Shown: positions 7,821 through 18,518 of the stretch, piece after piece
How the letters are laid out: every line of letters starts with the position of its first letter
Position numbering within the stretch: position 1 is the stretch's first letter
NCBI GenBank assembly: GCA_963787125.1
Contig: CAWBBV010000004.1
Coordinates: 1 to 64,000, forward strand
Source of the DNA: an uncultured delta proteobacterium
Lineage (GTDB): Bacteria; Desulfobacterota; Desulfuromonadia; Geobacterales; DSM-12255
Direction: 5' to 3'
DNA length: 64,000 nucleotides
Program-made: the position numbers and the translations under genes
The notes under the pieces: model-generated
The model's input: only the letters and a program-made list of their open reading frames with translations
Databases searched by the model: none
What the model was told of the DNA's origin: nothing

Positions 7821-9287
7821 TTAATGGGGTGTAACAACCGGCGTACTGTTCTGCACCTCTACCGAGATGGTAGACTCCCCGTTGCCGTTAACCGCCGTTA
7901 CGACATAGTAGTTGGTTACGCCGCCCGGCGGTGCCGCCAGGGAGTATGGACTGGTAACAGCGGCTATTTGGGTGCCGTTGGCCGGCGTCACCCCGGCAGA
8001 AGTTGCCCGGTAAATGTTATAGGAAGTTGCGTCTGCTACCGGCTGCCACCCTATGGTTGCCGGTCCGCTACCTGCCGGGGTGATGGTTACCCCGCCCGGC
8101 GCCGGCGGCGGCGGTGTCGCTGTCGGAGTTACGCTTACCTCGGTTGATGCCGCCGATTCACTGTTGGCATTAAGGGCGGTTACTACGTAATAATAGGTTG
8201 TGCCGTTGGTCAGGCCGGTCAGTTTTGCGGGGGTGCTGACAACGCTGATCTGGTGTCCGTTGGTCGGCGTCACTCCGGGAGCGGTCCCCCAGTAAATATT
8301 GTTGTAAACCGAGCCTGCTACCGGTTTCCAGACAATAGTCGCCTCGCCGTTCCCAGGGGTGGCAGTAACTCCGGTCGGCGCCGTTAGCGCTAGAAGCGAG
8401 CTTGCCTCGGCAGAGATGGTTGATTCACCGTTGCTGTTGAGCGCAGTTACCACAAAGTAGTAACTGCCGCCGTTGGGAAGGGCTGTCACGGTGTATGGGC
8501 TGCTAACAACAGCTATCTTGGTGCCGTTGGCCGGAGTCACCCCGGTTGTCCCGCTCCAGTAAAGATTGTAGGAAGTTGCAGCTGCTACCGGCGTCCAGGC
8601 AACGGTTGTCTGCCCGTCTCCGGGGGTGGCGGTCACCCCGGTTGGCGCTGGTGGCGGGGGGGTAGCTGTCGGTATGACACTAACTTCGCTTGAGGCCAGT
8701 GATTCTCCGGTGGGGAAGACCGAGGTGACAACATAGTAGTAGGTTGTGCCGTTGGTCAAACCGGTGCGCGTGTAAGGATTGGTCGCCCTTCTTATCTGAT
8801 TGCCGTTGGCCGGCGTCACGCCGGCAGTCGTGCCCCAGTAAAGGTTGTAGTAAACCGCTCCGGGCACCGGTGTCCAGACAATGGTTGCCTGGCCATTGCC
8901 GGGGGTGGCATAAACCCCGGTAGGCATCGACGGCGGCAGTGTACAGAACGCCTGTGCTGAAGCCAGGGACTCGCCATTGTTGCTGACCGAGGTGACGACA
9001 TAGTAATAGGTCTGGCCGTTTTCCATCCCGGTCTGCAGGTAGGAATTCGTTTTACTGATCAACTGGTTACCGTTGGCCGGAGTCACGCCGGTTGTGGTGG
9101 ACCAGTAAATATAGTAAGAGGCGGCACCGGCCACCGGGTTCCAGGTGATGGTTGCCTGATGGTTTCCCGGAGTGGCACTTACCCCTGTCGGTACTGGCGG
9201 CGGCGATGGGCTGGTGCTTTGGCCGCAGCCGGTCAAGATCAACAAAAAAGTGACGATAACCGCACAAAAAACCCGCACTATTCGCAT
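7821..9287 (-). CDS. lipoprotein with five fibronectin type III repeats
   Basis: Lipobox LTGC; five repeats of PTGVxATPG..W.PV.GA..Y..YW...GVTPANG...YYYVVT....GES. Confidence 0.9.
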   Translation of the reverse strand: MRIVRVFCAVIVTFLLILTGCGQSTSPSPPPVPTGVSATPGNHQATITWNPVAGAASYYIYWSTTTGVTPANGNQLISKTNSYLQTGMENGQTYYYVVTSVSNNGESLASAQAFCTLPPSMPTGVYATPGNGQATIVWTPVPGAVYYNLYWGTTAGVTPANGNQIRRATNPYTRTGLTNGTTYYYVVTSVFPTGESLASSEVSVIPTATPPPPAPTGVTATPGDGQTTVAWTPVAAATSYNLYWSGTTGVTPANGTKIAVVSSPYTVTALPNGGSYYFVVTALNSNGESTISAEASSLLALTAPTGVTATPGNGEATIVWKPVAGSVYNNIYWGTAPGVTPTNGHQISVVSTPAKLTGLTNGTTYYYVVTALNANSESAASTEVSVTPTATPPPPAPGGVTITPAGSGPATIGWQPVADATSYNIYRATSAGVTPANGTQIAAVTSPYSLAAPPGGVTNYYVVTAVNGNGESTISVEVQNSTPVVTPH

Positions 9288-9622
9288 GTTGGCCCCCTCA
9301 TTACCATTCAGGATATTAACCGTAAGCAGTTCAGCTGAAAAGCAAAAGTCATGGAACTGAAGTTCATCACTTTGTCCGTTACGTCTGATTTGTGATTATA
9401 CTCAATCAGCTTGTATCTTTAGCTTGCCATGGACGTCAAGGTTAATTTTATCTGGTGGCTGATATTAGCAGTTTTTCAGCGTTCAAGGGGTAGTAGTTAT
9501 GCGACTAAACGGCAGGGGTGAGGGTAATGGCAGGCAGTTTCACGCAACGAACGCAACCCGCTTTCGGGTGCGTCGGTGCGCAAAAACTGCTGAGTGGTTT
9601 TTCCGGACGGGCACTCTTGTTA

Positions 9623-9898
9623 TCAGGCGACCTGCTGCAGTTCGATCACCGGTTCCTTCAGTTTTTTGACTCGTTTGACAGTTGCCCGTACCTTTGCAGC
9701 CGGTGTGCTGTCGAGAGTCGGGACGAAAGAAGCCGGATCTGCCGCCTGCAGGACAGTGTAATGTGAAGAAGCGATCTTCCTGATGATGCCATCATTGAAC
9801 TGGATCGTCGCTTTAAGTGGCGTGACCTCCATCACTTTACCGGCTCCCCATGCTAGCTGCACTGTGTGGCTGACTACGATACCTCGTTTGATATTCAT
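9623..9898 (-). CDS. small hypothetical protein (DUF3553-like)
   Basis: V.H....WGAGKV...ATIQFNDG pattern; AGGAG RBS. Confidence 0.65.
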   Translation of the reverse strand: MNIKRGIVVSHTVQLAWGAGKVMEVTPLKATIQFNDGIIRKIASSHYTVLQAADPASFVPTLDSTPAAKVRATVKRVKKLKEPVIELQQVA

Positions 9899-10190
9899 TT
9901 GCTCTCCTTATCTGACGGGCGATAATAACAAGGACTTCACAAACCGTACGGACTATTCCAGAAGGTTTGACAAAAGAGGTGGCTGGAGATGACCGAAAAA
10001 ATAAGAAGCATCGAGAAGACTGGAAGCAATGATTTCGGGTGGCAGGTCAACTAGTTAACTATACGCTGTTATCTGGTTTATAGCCAGTTATATTAAACAG
10101 GACAATATTTTGAACCGGCAGCTTCAGAGGGAACAGTTTGTCGGCGCTAAACAGACAGAGAGGATTTGTGCCGTAATTTGCCGGCGCAGT

Positions 10191-10805
10191 CTAAAGCGGG
10201 TTTTCAATCCGGCTGGTTCTGTCAGGATTTTTGCCGGTGATGCCGGCATAAAAAGTCTGGATCTTCGGCAGGTCAGCGGCAAAGTCTCCAGACGGCACAA
10301 ACAGGCCGCCGATGCCGGCCACCTTACGGCCAAAATCGATAAAGCCAAGAGCAATCGGCACCTGTGCGCCATGGGCAATGTGGTAAAAACCGCTCTTCCA
10401 ATAGCGAACCTGTGTGCGGGTGCCTTCGGGAGGGATAATCAGGATCAATTGACTGCGAAGATTGAACAGTTCGACCGCAGCTTCAACAAAATTATTCGTT
10501 TTGCTGCGATCAATCGGCACGCCACCCAGCCAGCGCAATAGAAATCCTGCCGGCGGGCAAAACAGGGTGTGCTTGGCGAGAAAATAAATCTTGAGGCGGT
10601 ACGCAAAGGCCACCGCCAGGGTCATCGGCAGATCCCAGTTGCTGGTATGGGGGGCAGCAATCATGACATAGCGTTGCTCGGTAGGGGCTTGTCCTTCCAG
10701 GCGCCACCCCGCAATTTTCAGGTAAACCAGGGAACAGTAGCGCAATAATGAGCTCAGTAAAGGAGTATTGAAGATGGTTAGACTGCTCAAACGAACGTTT
10801 CCCAT
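10191..10805 (-). CDS. lysophospholipid acyltransferase (PlsC family)
   Basis: APHTSNWD, PIDRS, PPEGTR, WKSGFYHIA. Confidence 0.9.
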   Translation of the reverse strand: MGNVRLSSLTIFNTPLLSSLLRYCSLVYLKIAGWRLEGQAPTEQRYVMIAAPHTSNWDLPMTLAVAFAYRLKIYFLAKHTLFCPPAGFLLRWLGGVPIDRSKTNNFVEAAVELFNLRSQLILIIPPEGTRTQVRYWKSGFYHIAHGAQVPIALGFIDFGRKVAGIGGLFVPSGDFAADLPKIQTFYAGITGKNPDRTSRIENPL

Positions 10806-10993
10806 ATTGGCGTTGTCCTGTCTGTGTAACCGGCTGCGAAATTAGCCGCAGCACTGGCTGTTCGCGAAGTTAAAACTGCCTCTATTGGTACATTATTGCA
10901 TGATTATTTTCCAGTTTATTCCGTGCAGGGATCGAAACCTGAAGCGTCAGCCAATATTCACCTTGACAAGAGACCCTGGACTAATGAATAGTG

Positions 10994-11009
10994 GAATGAA
11001 CGTTCATTC
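10994..11009. promoter_or_regulatory. putative TetR operator 1
   Basis: Perfect palindrome GAATGAACGTTCATTC between TTGACA (10963) and the tetR RBS. Confidence 0.8.
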
Positions 11010-11024
11010 TTGAAGGAGGGGACA

Positions 11025-11597
11025 GTGTCAAAACCGGATAAGCGCGACGAAATAGTTCTTGCAGCGCTCGAAATCATAGCCGAGAACGGGTTCCACGGCG
11101 CACCCATGGCGATGATTGCCGAGCGGGCCGGTGTAGGCGCAGGAACCATCTATCGTTATTTCGAGAACAAGGATGTTTTGATACGGGAGATTTATGCCGG
11201 GCTGGAGAGCCAGGTCTGGGCCGCACTCAAAGAACAGTACCCGGAAGAGCGGCCGCTGCGCGAGCAATTTCTGCATATCTGCACACACCTGATAAGCTAC
11301 TTTCTGGCATTTCCCCTGGAATTTCGTTTTATTGAACAGTTCCACAATTCTCCTTACGGGGTTGACTGCCGACGGGAGAAGTTTTTTGGCAAGAAAGACA
11401 AGGATCTCGTTACGGTACTATTTGAACAGGGGCAGCAGCAGCAAATCATCAAGGACCTGCCACTGCCGGTTCTTTCCGCCCTTACCTTCGGACCGCTGGT
11501 TGATGTCTGCCGGGATCATATACTTCAGTTCCTGGAACTTGATGAATCGCTCATCGAGCAGATAGTTTCAGCCAGTTGGGATGCAATACGACGGTAA
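11025..11597 (+). CDS. TetR/AcrR family regulator
   Basis: GFHGAPMAMIAERAGVGAGTIYRYFENK HTH; GTG start after GGAGG. Confidence 0.93.
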   Translation: MSKPDKRDEIVLAALEIIAENGFHGAPMAMIAERAGVGAGTIYRYFENKDVLIREIYAGLESQVWAALKEQYPEERPLREQFLHICTHLISYFLAFPLEFRFIEQFHNSPYGVDCRREKFFGKKDKDLVTVLFEQGQQQQIIKDLPLPVLSALTFGPLVDVCRDHILQFLELDESLIEQIVSASWDAIRR

Positions 11598-11630
11598 ATT
11601 TCACTCCTGGATAAAAATTATCACCTGACA

Positions 11631-11646
11631 GAATGAGTGTTCATTC
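11631..11646. promoter_or_regulatory. putative TetR operator 2
   Basis: GAATGAGTGTTCATTC, a 14/16 match to operator 1, upstream of the efflux operon. Confidence 0.75.
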
Positions 11647-11707
11647 TTATTTTTAGCTGACGGCAGCTTTTTGCAGCTTTATTAAATCAACATCATCGAG
11701 GTATCAC

Positions 11708-12886
11708 ATGCTCCACACACCCAAAAAAGCTCTTGTTGCCTTCGCCGGCATTCTCACCACCGGCCTGCTGCTCACCGGTTGCGGCAAACCGAAATCCGCT
11801 GCTCCGCCACCAGGCGCCCCCCCGGAAGTGGGAGTTATTCTGGTCAAGACGGAGAAAGTGACTTTGACCACCGAACTCCCGGGCCGAACTTCGCCTCAGA
11901 TGATCGCCGAAGTCCGGCCCCAGGTCGGCGGCATCATCCAGAAGCGGCTTTTTGTCGAGGGCTCTGATGTCAAAGCCGGTCAGGTTCTCTACCAGATCGA
12001 TCCGGCTTCGTATCAGGCCGCCTATGCCAGTGCCAAGGCTGCCGAGTCCAGGGCCGAAGCCAATCTGATCCCGGCCAGACTCAAAGAGGGGCGGTTCAGG
12101 GAGCTGGTGAAAATCAAGGCGGTGAGTCAGCAGGAGCACGACGACGCCTATGCAGGCCTCAAGCAGGCTGAGGCCGATGTGGCTGCGACCAGGGCGGCGG
12201 TTGAGACCGCCCGCATCAATCTGGCCTACACAAAGATTTGCGCACCGATATCCGGTCGAATCGGCCGGTCGACAGTGACTGACGGCGCTTTGGTAACAGC
12301 CAGCCAGCCTGCAGCGCTGGCCACCATCCAGCAGCTCGACTCCATGTATGTTGATGTTACCCAGTCCAGCAGCGAGATGCTGAAACTGAAGCAGAACCTG
12401 GCCAACGGTCAACTCAAAAAAGGCGGAGCCGCCCAGGCGCGGGTCAAGCTGCTGCTGGAAGACAACAGCGCTTATCCACTGCCGGGGGTCCTGAAATTTT
12501 CTGAAGTCACCGTAGACCCGAGTACCGGCTCCATCACCCTGCGAGCAGTCTTCCCGAATCCGAAACAGACTCTCCTGCCGGGAATGTTTGTCCGTGCCAT
12601 TCTGGAGGAAGGGGTCAGTGAACAGGCTATCCTGGTACCGCAACGGGGAGTCAGCCGCAATCCAGCCGGCAACGCCACCGTCCTTTTGGTCGGAGCCGAG
12701 GAAAAGGTTGAGCCGCGGGTCATCAAAGTCGTTCGGACAGTCGGTGACAACTGGCTGGTGAGTGAAGGGCTGAAAGCCGGCGACCGTGTCATTCTGGAAG
12801 GGATACAGAAAGCACGCCCGGGCACAGCGGTGAAGGCGGTACCGTTCGGCAGTGCACCGGCAGCGCCCCCCGCAGCGAAAAAATAA
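11708..12886 (+). CDS. RND periplasmic adaptor (AcrA/MexA-like)
   Basis: Lipobox LTGC; AEVRPQVGGIIQKRLF; APISGRIGRSTVTDGALV. Confidence 0.93.
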   Translation: MLHTPKKALVAFAGILTTGLLLTGCGKPKSAAPPPGAPPEVGVILVKTEKVTLTTELPGRTSPQMIAEVRPQVGGIIQKRLFVEGSDVKAGQVLYQIDPASYQAAYASAKAAESRAEANLIPARLKEGRFRELVKIKAVSQQEHDDAYAGLKQAEADVAATRAAVETARINLAYTKICAPISGRIGRSTVTDGALVTASQPAALATIQQLDSMYVDVTQSSSEMLKLKQNLANGQLKKGGAAQARVKLLLEDNSAYPLPGVLKFSEVTVDPSTGSITLRAVFPNPKQTLLPGMFVRAILEEGVSEQAILVPQRGVSRNPAGNATVLLVGAEEKVEPRVIKVVRTVGDNWLVSEGLKAGDRVILEGIQKARPGTAVKAVPFGSAPAAPPAAKK

Positions 12887-12918
12887 TCCGACTTGTCAGA
12901 CAAGTCTGACAAGTCGGA
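12887..12918. repeat. perfect intergenic hairpin with 9-nt internal periodicity
   Basis: TCCGACTTGTCAGAC-AA-GTCTGACAAGTCGGA. Confidence 0.85.
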
Positions 12919-12936
12919 AGTTCAAGGAGCCTCTTC

Positions 12937-15900
12937 ATGCCCCGTTTTTTCATAAATCGCCCGATATTTGCCTGGGTTATCGCTATCTTGGTCATGCTGG
13001 TCGGTCTATTGTCGATCAAGAAGCTGCCGGTCTCCCAGTACCCCCCCATTGCGCCGCCGCAGATCGCAATCAACGCCGTCTATCCGGGCGCCTCGGCTCA
13101 GACCGTCCAGGATACGGTCACTCAGGTCATCGAGCAGAAACTCAACGGCATCGACAACCTGATCTACATGTCCTCCACCAGTGATTCGGCCGGGGCGGTT
13201 TCTATCACCCTGACTTTCAAGGCCGGCACCGACCCTAATATTGCCCAGGTGCAGGTGCAGAACAAACTGCAGCTGGCCACACCGCTTCTCCCCCAGATTG
13301 TCCAGCGCTCAGGGATCTCGGTGGTCAAGTCCACCAGGAACTTCCTGCTGATCGTCGGCCTTGTCTCGGAAGACGGCTCCATGGACCGCAACTCCTTAAC
13401 CGACTATATGGTCTCCAATCTCCAGGACATCGTCAGCCGGCTGGAGGGGGTTGGTGAACTGCTGCTGTTCGGCACCCAGAATGCCATGAGAATCTGGGTG
13501 AACCCGGCCAAACTCAACAACTTCCATATGACCACCAACGATGTCATCGCGGCGCTGCAGTCCCAGAATGTGCAGGTATCTGCCGGACAGTTCGGCGGCA
13601 CCCCTGCCAATCAGGGACAACAGCTCAACGCTACCATCAACGCCCGGGCTCTGCTCCAGACCACGGAACAGTTCGACACCATCATCCTCCGGACCAACCC
13701 TGACGGCTCCACGGTGAAACTGAAAGATGTGGCCGAAAGCAGGATCGGCACCGAAAACTATGAAGTACAATCGTACTACAACGGCAAACCGCTGGGAGGG
13801 ATGGCGATCCGGCTGGCGGCCGGCGCCAATGCACTGGAAACCGGCAACCGCGTCAAGGCGAAGATGGTGGAGTTATCAAAATACTTCCCCGCCGGCATGA
13901 AAGTGGTCTACCCCTACGACACCACCCCCTTTGTCAAAATCTCCATCGAAGAGGTGGTGCACACGCTGATTGAGGCCGTCTTCCTGGTCTTCATCATCAT
14001 GTTCCTCTTTCTGCAAAATATCCGCGCCACCCTGATACCCACCATTGCCGTACCGGTGGTACTGCTCGGCACCATGGGGGTACTGGCAGCCTGCGGCTTT
14101 TCCATCAACACGCTCACCATGTTCGCCCTGGTCATTGTCATCGGCCTGCTGGTGGATGATGCCATCGTCGTCGTTGAAAACGTCGAACGAATTATGACCG
14201 AAGAGGGGCTGCCACCCAAGGAAGCGACCATCAAGTCCATGGGGCAGATCACCAGCGCCCTCTGGGGTATCGCCACTGTCCTGACGGCAGTCTTTCTCCC
14301 CATGGCCTTCTTTCCCGGCTCCACAGGCGTTATCTACCGGCAGTTCTCCATCACCATCATCTCCGCCATGATCCTGTCGGTGCTGGTGGCCATGATCCTG
14401 ACCCCTGCCCTCTGTGCCACCATCCTCAAACCGATCGAGAAGGGGCATCATTCCGGCGAGAAAGGCTGGTTTACCTGGTTCTTCCGCTGGTTCAACAAAC
14501 TGTTCGACCTCTGCCGGGCCAATTACGAAGGGATCGTCGGCCGTTCCTTCGGTCAGCCGGTGCGCTATCTGGTGATCTATGGCGCCATTGTTGTTGCCAT
14601 GGGCTACATCTTCCTTCATCTCCCGACGTCCTTCCTGCCCGACGAAGATCAGGGCTTCATTATCTGCCAGGTGCAGCTGCCGGCCGGTGCCACCCAGGAG
14701 CGGACTATTGGGGTCATCAGACAGTTAGAGCAGCATTTCCTGGAAAAAGAGTCCAAAAATGTGGAAGGGGTCATCACGGTGGCCGGATTCAGCTTTGCCG
14801 GTCGCGGTCAGAACATGGGTCTTGCCTTTGTCCGGCTCAAGCACTGGGACCAGCGCCACAACAAGGACCAAAAGGCGGCCGCCATTGCCGGCCGGGCCAT
14901 GGGGGCATTTTCCAGGTTCAGGGACGGCCTCGCCTTCGCCTTTTCTCCGCCGGCAGTACTTGAACTGGGAGTGGCCAACGGCTTTGACCTGCAGTTGCAG
15001 GATCGAGGGGGGCTCGGCCATGAAAAGCTGATGGAGGCCCGGGGTCAGCTGCTCGGGATGGCCATGAAAAACAAGAAACTGATCGCGGTACGTCCCAATG
15101 GCCAGGATGATGCGCCCCAGTTCAAGCTTGACATCGACGATGTGCGGGCCGGCGCCCTGGGGGTCTCCCTGGCCGATGTCAATAACGTCCTCGCCACCGC
15201 CTGGGGAAGCTCCTACGTTAACGATTTCATCCAGAACGGCCGGGTGAAAAAAGTCTATCTCCAATCTGAAGCCAAATCACGGATGCTGCCGGAGGATATC
15301 AACAGCTGGTACGTCAGCAATAAAAAAGGGGAGATGGTACCGTTTTCCGCCTTTGCCACTGCCCGCTGGCAGTATGGTTCCCCTCGTCTGGAGCGCTACA
15401 ACGGCATTCCGGCCGTGGAGATTCTCGGCCAGGCAGCACCGGGAATCAGCACCGGCGAGGCCATGCTTGAAGTGGAGAAGATGGTGGCTGAGCTGCCGCA
15501 GGGAATCGGTTACGAGTGGACCGGTCTCTCCTATGAAGAAAAGAATGCCGGCGCTCAGGCACCGGCGCTCTATGCTATTTCGCTGCTGGTAGTATTTCTT
15601 TCCGTTGCAGCCCTGTACGAAAGCTGGACCATCCCGTTCGTCAACCTGCTGATGCTGCCGCTGGGTCTAGTGGGGGCGGTAGCCGCGGTCAAGCTGCGGC
15701 TTTTCCCCAACGATGTCTATCTGCAGATAGGTCTCTTGACCACGGTGGGGCTTTCCACCAAGAATGCCATCCTTATCATCCAGTTCATCAAGGCCCAGAT
15801 GCACGACGGTCACGACCTCATGGAGTCCACTCTGACCGCGGTGAAGATCAGGCTGCGCCCGGTCATTATGACCTCTCTGGCTTTCTTTTTCGGCACCCTG

Positions 15901-16104
15901 CCGCTGGCGCTTACCAAAGGAGCCGGCGCCGCCGCCCAGAACGCCATCGGCACCGCTGTCACCGGTGGCCTGCTGTCGGCTACCTTTATAGATCTGATCT
16001 TTATTCCGTTTTTCTTTGTGCTGGTGTCGCGCCTGTTTATGAAGAAAAAATTACCCTGCCCTCCCGGAGAGCCCACGTTGACTGATGTCACGGAGGTACA
16101 CTGA
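12937..16104 (+). CDS. HAE1 RND permease (AcrB/MexB-like)
   Basis: [43 protein letters not shown]; 1055 aa. Confidence 0.96.
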   Translation: MPRFFINRPIFAWVIAILVMLVGLLSIKKLPVSQYPPIAPPQIAINAVYPGASAQTVQDTVTQVIEQKLNGIDNLIYMSSTSDSAGAVSITLTFKAGTDPNIAQVQVQNKLQLATPLLPQIVQRSGISVVKSTRNFLLIVGLVSEDGSMDRNSLTDYMVSNLQDIVSRLEGVGELLLFGTQNAMRIWVNPAKLNNFHMTTNDVIAALQSQNVQVSAGQFGGTPANQGQQLNATINARALLQTTEQFDTIILRTNPDGSTVKLKDVAESRIGTENYEVQSYYNGKPLGGMAIRLAAGANALETGNRVKAKMVELSKYFPAGMKVVYPYDTTPFVKISIEEVVHTLIEAVFLVFIIMFLFLQNIRATLIPTIAVPVVLLGTMGVLAACGFSINTLTMFALVIVIGLLVDDAIVVVENVERIMTEEGLPPKEATIKSMGQITSALWGIATVLTAVFLPMAFFPGSTGVIYRQFSITIISAMILSVLVAMILTPALCATILKPIEKGHHSGEKGWFTWFFRWFNKLFDLCRANYEGIVGRSFGQPVRYLVIYGAIVVAMGYIFLHLPTSFLPDEDQGFIICQVQLPAGATQERTIGVIRQLEQHFLEKESKNVEGVITVAGFSFAGRGQNMGLAFVRLKHWDQRHNKDQKAAAIAGRAMGAFSRFRDGLAFAFSPPAVLELGVANGFDLQLQDRGGLGHEKLMEARGQLLGMAMKNKKLIAVRPNGQDDAPQFKLDIDDVRAGALGVSLADVNNVLATAWGSSYVNDFIQNGRVKKVYLQSEAKSRMLPEDINSWYVSNKKGEMVPFSAFATARWQYGSPRLERYNGIPAVEILGQAAPGISTGEAMLEVEKMVAELPQGIGYEWTGLSYEEKNAGAQAPALYAISLLVVFLSVAALYESWTIPFVNLLMLPLGLVGAVAAVKLRLFPNDVYLQIGLLTTVGLSTKNAILIIQFIKAQMHDGHDLMESTLTAVKIRLRPVIMTSLAFFFGTLPLALTKGAGAAAQNAIGTAVTGGLLSATFIDLIFIPFFFVLVSRLFMKKKLPCPPGEPTLTDVTEVH

Positions 16105-16105
16105 C

Positions 16106-17545
16106 ATGAAGCAGCTGAAATTGATGCCATCCGCTTTGAGCCTTTCCCTTGGTGCGCTTCTCTTGCTTGGCGGCTGCACAACCATGGCCCCCAAATATAC
16201 CCGCCCGGCTGCGCCGGTGCCGGCTGCCTGGCCTGCTGAGCCGCCTTATCCAGCGGTTACCGCCAAACCTGCGCCCAAACCTCTGGCTGACATTCCCTGG
16301 CAGGAATTCTTTGTCAATGAGCAGCTGCGCAAGTTGATCGCTCTGGCGTTGGCGAACAACCGTGACCTGCGCATTGCTGTTCTCAATATCGAAAGATCCC
16401 GTGCCCAGTACCAGATCAAGCGCGCCGATCTCTTGCCGAAAATTGACGCCAACGCTTCAGGCACATTTCAACGCATTGCCGAAGACTTTTCCGGCACCGG
16501 TCTGCCGAAAGAGATCCATCAGTATAATATCGGCCTCGGCATCAGTTCCTATGAGCTCGACCTGTTCGGCCGGGTGCAGAGCCTGAAAGACCAGGCGCTG
16601 GAGCAATACCTGTCCACGGAACAGGCCCGCAGCAGCGTGCAGATCAGCCTGGTGGCCGAGGTTGCCGCCAACTACCTGGCTCTGGCCGCAGATCGGGAGC
16701 GACTGCAGCTTGCCCGGGAAACTCTGCTGACCCAGCAGGATTTTTTTAAACTGACGAAAAGCCGTTACGAGGCAGGCATAGCCACTGCTCTTACTCTCAA
16801 CCAGGCACAGACAAGTGTCGATGCTGCACGGGTTGACATCGCCCGGTACACGAGTCTTGCCGCCCAGGACGAAAATGCACTGAATCTGGTGCTCGGCTCG
16901 CCGCTGCCGGCGGAACTCCGGCCCGCAACCCTCAGCGAAAATCTCACCGCCCTGATGGATGTGGCCCCCGGGCTGCCGTCCGATGTCCTGCTCAATCGCC
17001 CCGACATTCTTCAAGCGGAGAATCAGCTGAAAGGGTTCAACGCCAACATCGGCGCAGCCAAGGCAGCCTTTTTCCCGCGCATTACTCTTGTTTCATCTGT
17101 GGGGGTCGGCAGTGACGAACTGACCGGACTCTTCACCTCCTCCGGCTCCTTTGTCTGGAGGGTAGTGCCGCAAATTTCCCTCCCTATTTTCGACGGCGGC
17201 ACCAACCAGGCCAATCTGACTGTGTCAGAGGTGGATCGTGACATTGCCGTGGCGCGCTACGAGAAGTCTATCCAGAGCGCTTTCAGGGAAGTCGCCGACG
17301 CCCTGGCTCAGCGCGGGACCATCGATGAGCAGTTGGCGGCGCAGCAGTCCCTCACCGAGGCAACGAGTGAAAGCTACCGTCTTTCAAAGGCGCGCTACGA
17401 AAAAGGTGTCGACAGCTTCCTGCCGGTGCTGGACTCCCAGCGTTCACTCTATAGCGCCCAGCAGAACCTGATCAACGTCCGGCTGGCCCGACTGGGCAAT
17501 CTGGTAACGCTTTACAAAGTACTCGGGGGCGGAGTCAAACAGTGA
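16106..17545 (+). CDS. outer membrane factor lipoprotein (OprM/NodT-like)
   Basis: LGGC lipobox; SYELDLFGRV; LLNRPDI; LYKVLGGG. Confidence 0.93.
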   Translation: MKQLKLMPSALSLSLGALLLLGGCTTMAPKYTRPAAPVPAAWPAEPPYPAVTAKPAPKPLADIPWQEFFVNEQLRKLIALALANNRDLRIAVLNIERSRAQYQIKRADLLPKIDANASGTFQRIAEDFSGTGLPKEIHQYNIGLGISSYELDLFGRVQSLKDQALEQYLSTEQARSSVQISLVAEVAANYLALAADRERLQLARETLLTQQDFFKLTKSRYEAGIATALTLNQAQTSVDAARVDIARYTSLAAQDENALNLVLGSPLPAELRPATLSENLTALMDVAPGLPSDVLLNRPDILQAENQLKGFNANIGAAKAAFFPRITLVSSVGVGSDELTGLFTSSGSFVWRVVPQISLPIFDGGTNQANLTVSEVDRDIAVARYEKSIQSAFREVADALAQRGTIDEQLAAQQSLTEATSESYRLSKARYEKGVDSFLPVLDSQRSLYSAQQNLINVRLARLGNLVTLYKVLGGGVKQ

Positions 17546-17668
17546 TGTTGTGGGGACATTTTAAATTATCATCGCTGAAAGTTACTGAATGAGAAAGTTG
17601 ACGGCAGTATTTTACCAATGGTAGGATAGCCCCGTTACATTAAATTTTCACCATAACAAGGAGCAAAA

Positions 17669-18100
17669 ATGAAACGAATCGTCATTGCAGCTATCGCCAC
17701 GACTCTTGCGATCCCGGCCTTTGCCTCAGCCAATGAAACCATTGACAAGGCTGCCAAGGAAAAAGGGGCGGTAAAGACCTCATCAGGTCTGGTTTACAAA
17801 TCCATCAAAGACGGCAAAGGCAAATCGCCGAACGCATCAAGCACCGTCGAAGTCAACTATCGCGGCACACTCCCTAACGGCAAAGAGTTTGACAGTTCCT
17901 ACAAGCGCAAGCAGTCCGCCAGTTTCCCTCTTAACAGAGTAATACCCTGCTGGACCGAAGGGATGCAGCTGATGAAGGTCGGCGGCAAAGCCCAGCTGGT
18001 CTGCCCACCTGATCTGGCCTACGGCGCCCGTGGCGCCGGCAGTGATGTGCCACCAAATGCGACTCTGATATTCGAGGTTGAACTGATCGCTATAAAATAG
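17669..18100 (+). CDS. periplasmic FKBP-type peptidyl-prolyl isomerase
   Basis: Signal peptide; YRGTLPNGKEFDSS; VIPCWTEG; PPDLAYG; ATLIFEVELI. Confidence 0.93.
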   Translation: MKRIVIAAIATTLAIPAFASANETIDKAAKEKGAVKTSSGLVYKSIKDGKGKSPNASSTVEVNYRGTLPNGKEFDSSYKRKQSASFPLNRVIPCWTEGMQLMKVGGKAQLVCPPDLAYGARGAGSDVPPNATLIFEVELIAIK

Positions 18101-18127
18101 TCGTCATAACCAAAGCCATTAAAAGTC

Positions 18128-18171
18128 AAAATGCCGTGGAGCCAGTTAGTAAAAGGCTTCACGGCATTTTT
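18128..18171. terminator. bidirectional terminator
   Basis: AAAATGCCGTGGAGCC...GGCTTCACGGCATTTTT between convergent genes. Confidence 0.75.
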
Positions 18172-18217
18172 GTTTCAATCTCCAAGCTGGCTTCTTATTA
18201 AGAAATCAGCAAGGCAC

Positions 18218-18322
18218 TTACTTTTTTTCAGCTTTTTTGATCTTTTTTTCAGCTTTCTTTTCTTTTGGCGATTTTGCCGGCTCTTTCTTAACTGCTTTCT
18301 TGCTATCGGTCCCTTTGCTCAT
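18218..18322 (-). CDS. 34-aa lysine-rich small protein
   Basis: MSKGTDSKKAVKKEPAKSPKEKKAEKKIKKAEKK*; AAGGAG RBS; absent from the ORF track. Confidence 0.7.
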   Translation of the reverse strand: MSKGTDSKKAVKKEPAKSPKEKKAEKKIKKAEKK

Positions 18323-18518
18323 GACAGTTTCTCCTTATCGCTGCTCAAATTCCACACCTGGTTGTGATTATACCACTCCCCGGAAAAGCTGGCAGACTTT
18401 ATTGCTAATTTTTACGCGAGCAGTACATGCCGCAGTTAAGGTCTTTGCCATGGATATTAGCGGTTATTTCTGTTAGCCTCTCCGGAGCAGGACATACCCA
18501 ACTAAAGTGGAGACCAAA

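Noticed and set aside
7821..9287. FN3 repeats as a DGR template/variable repeat pair
   Set aside because: The repeats are in-frame domain duplications without evident adenine-specific differences, and no reverse transcriptase is present
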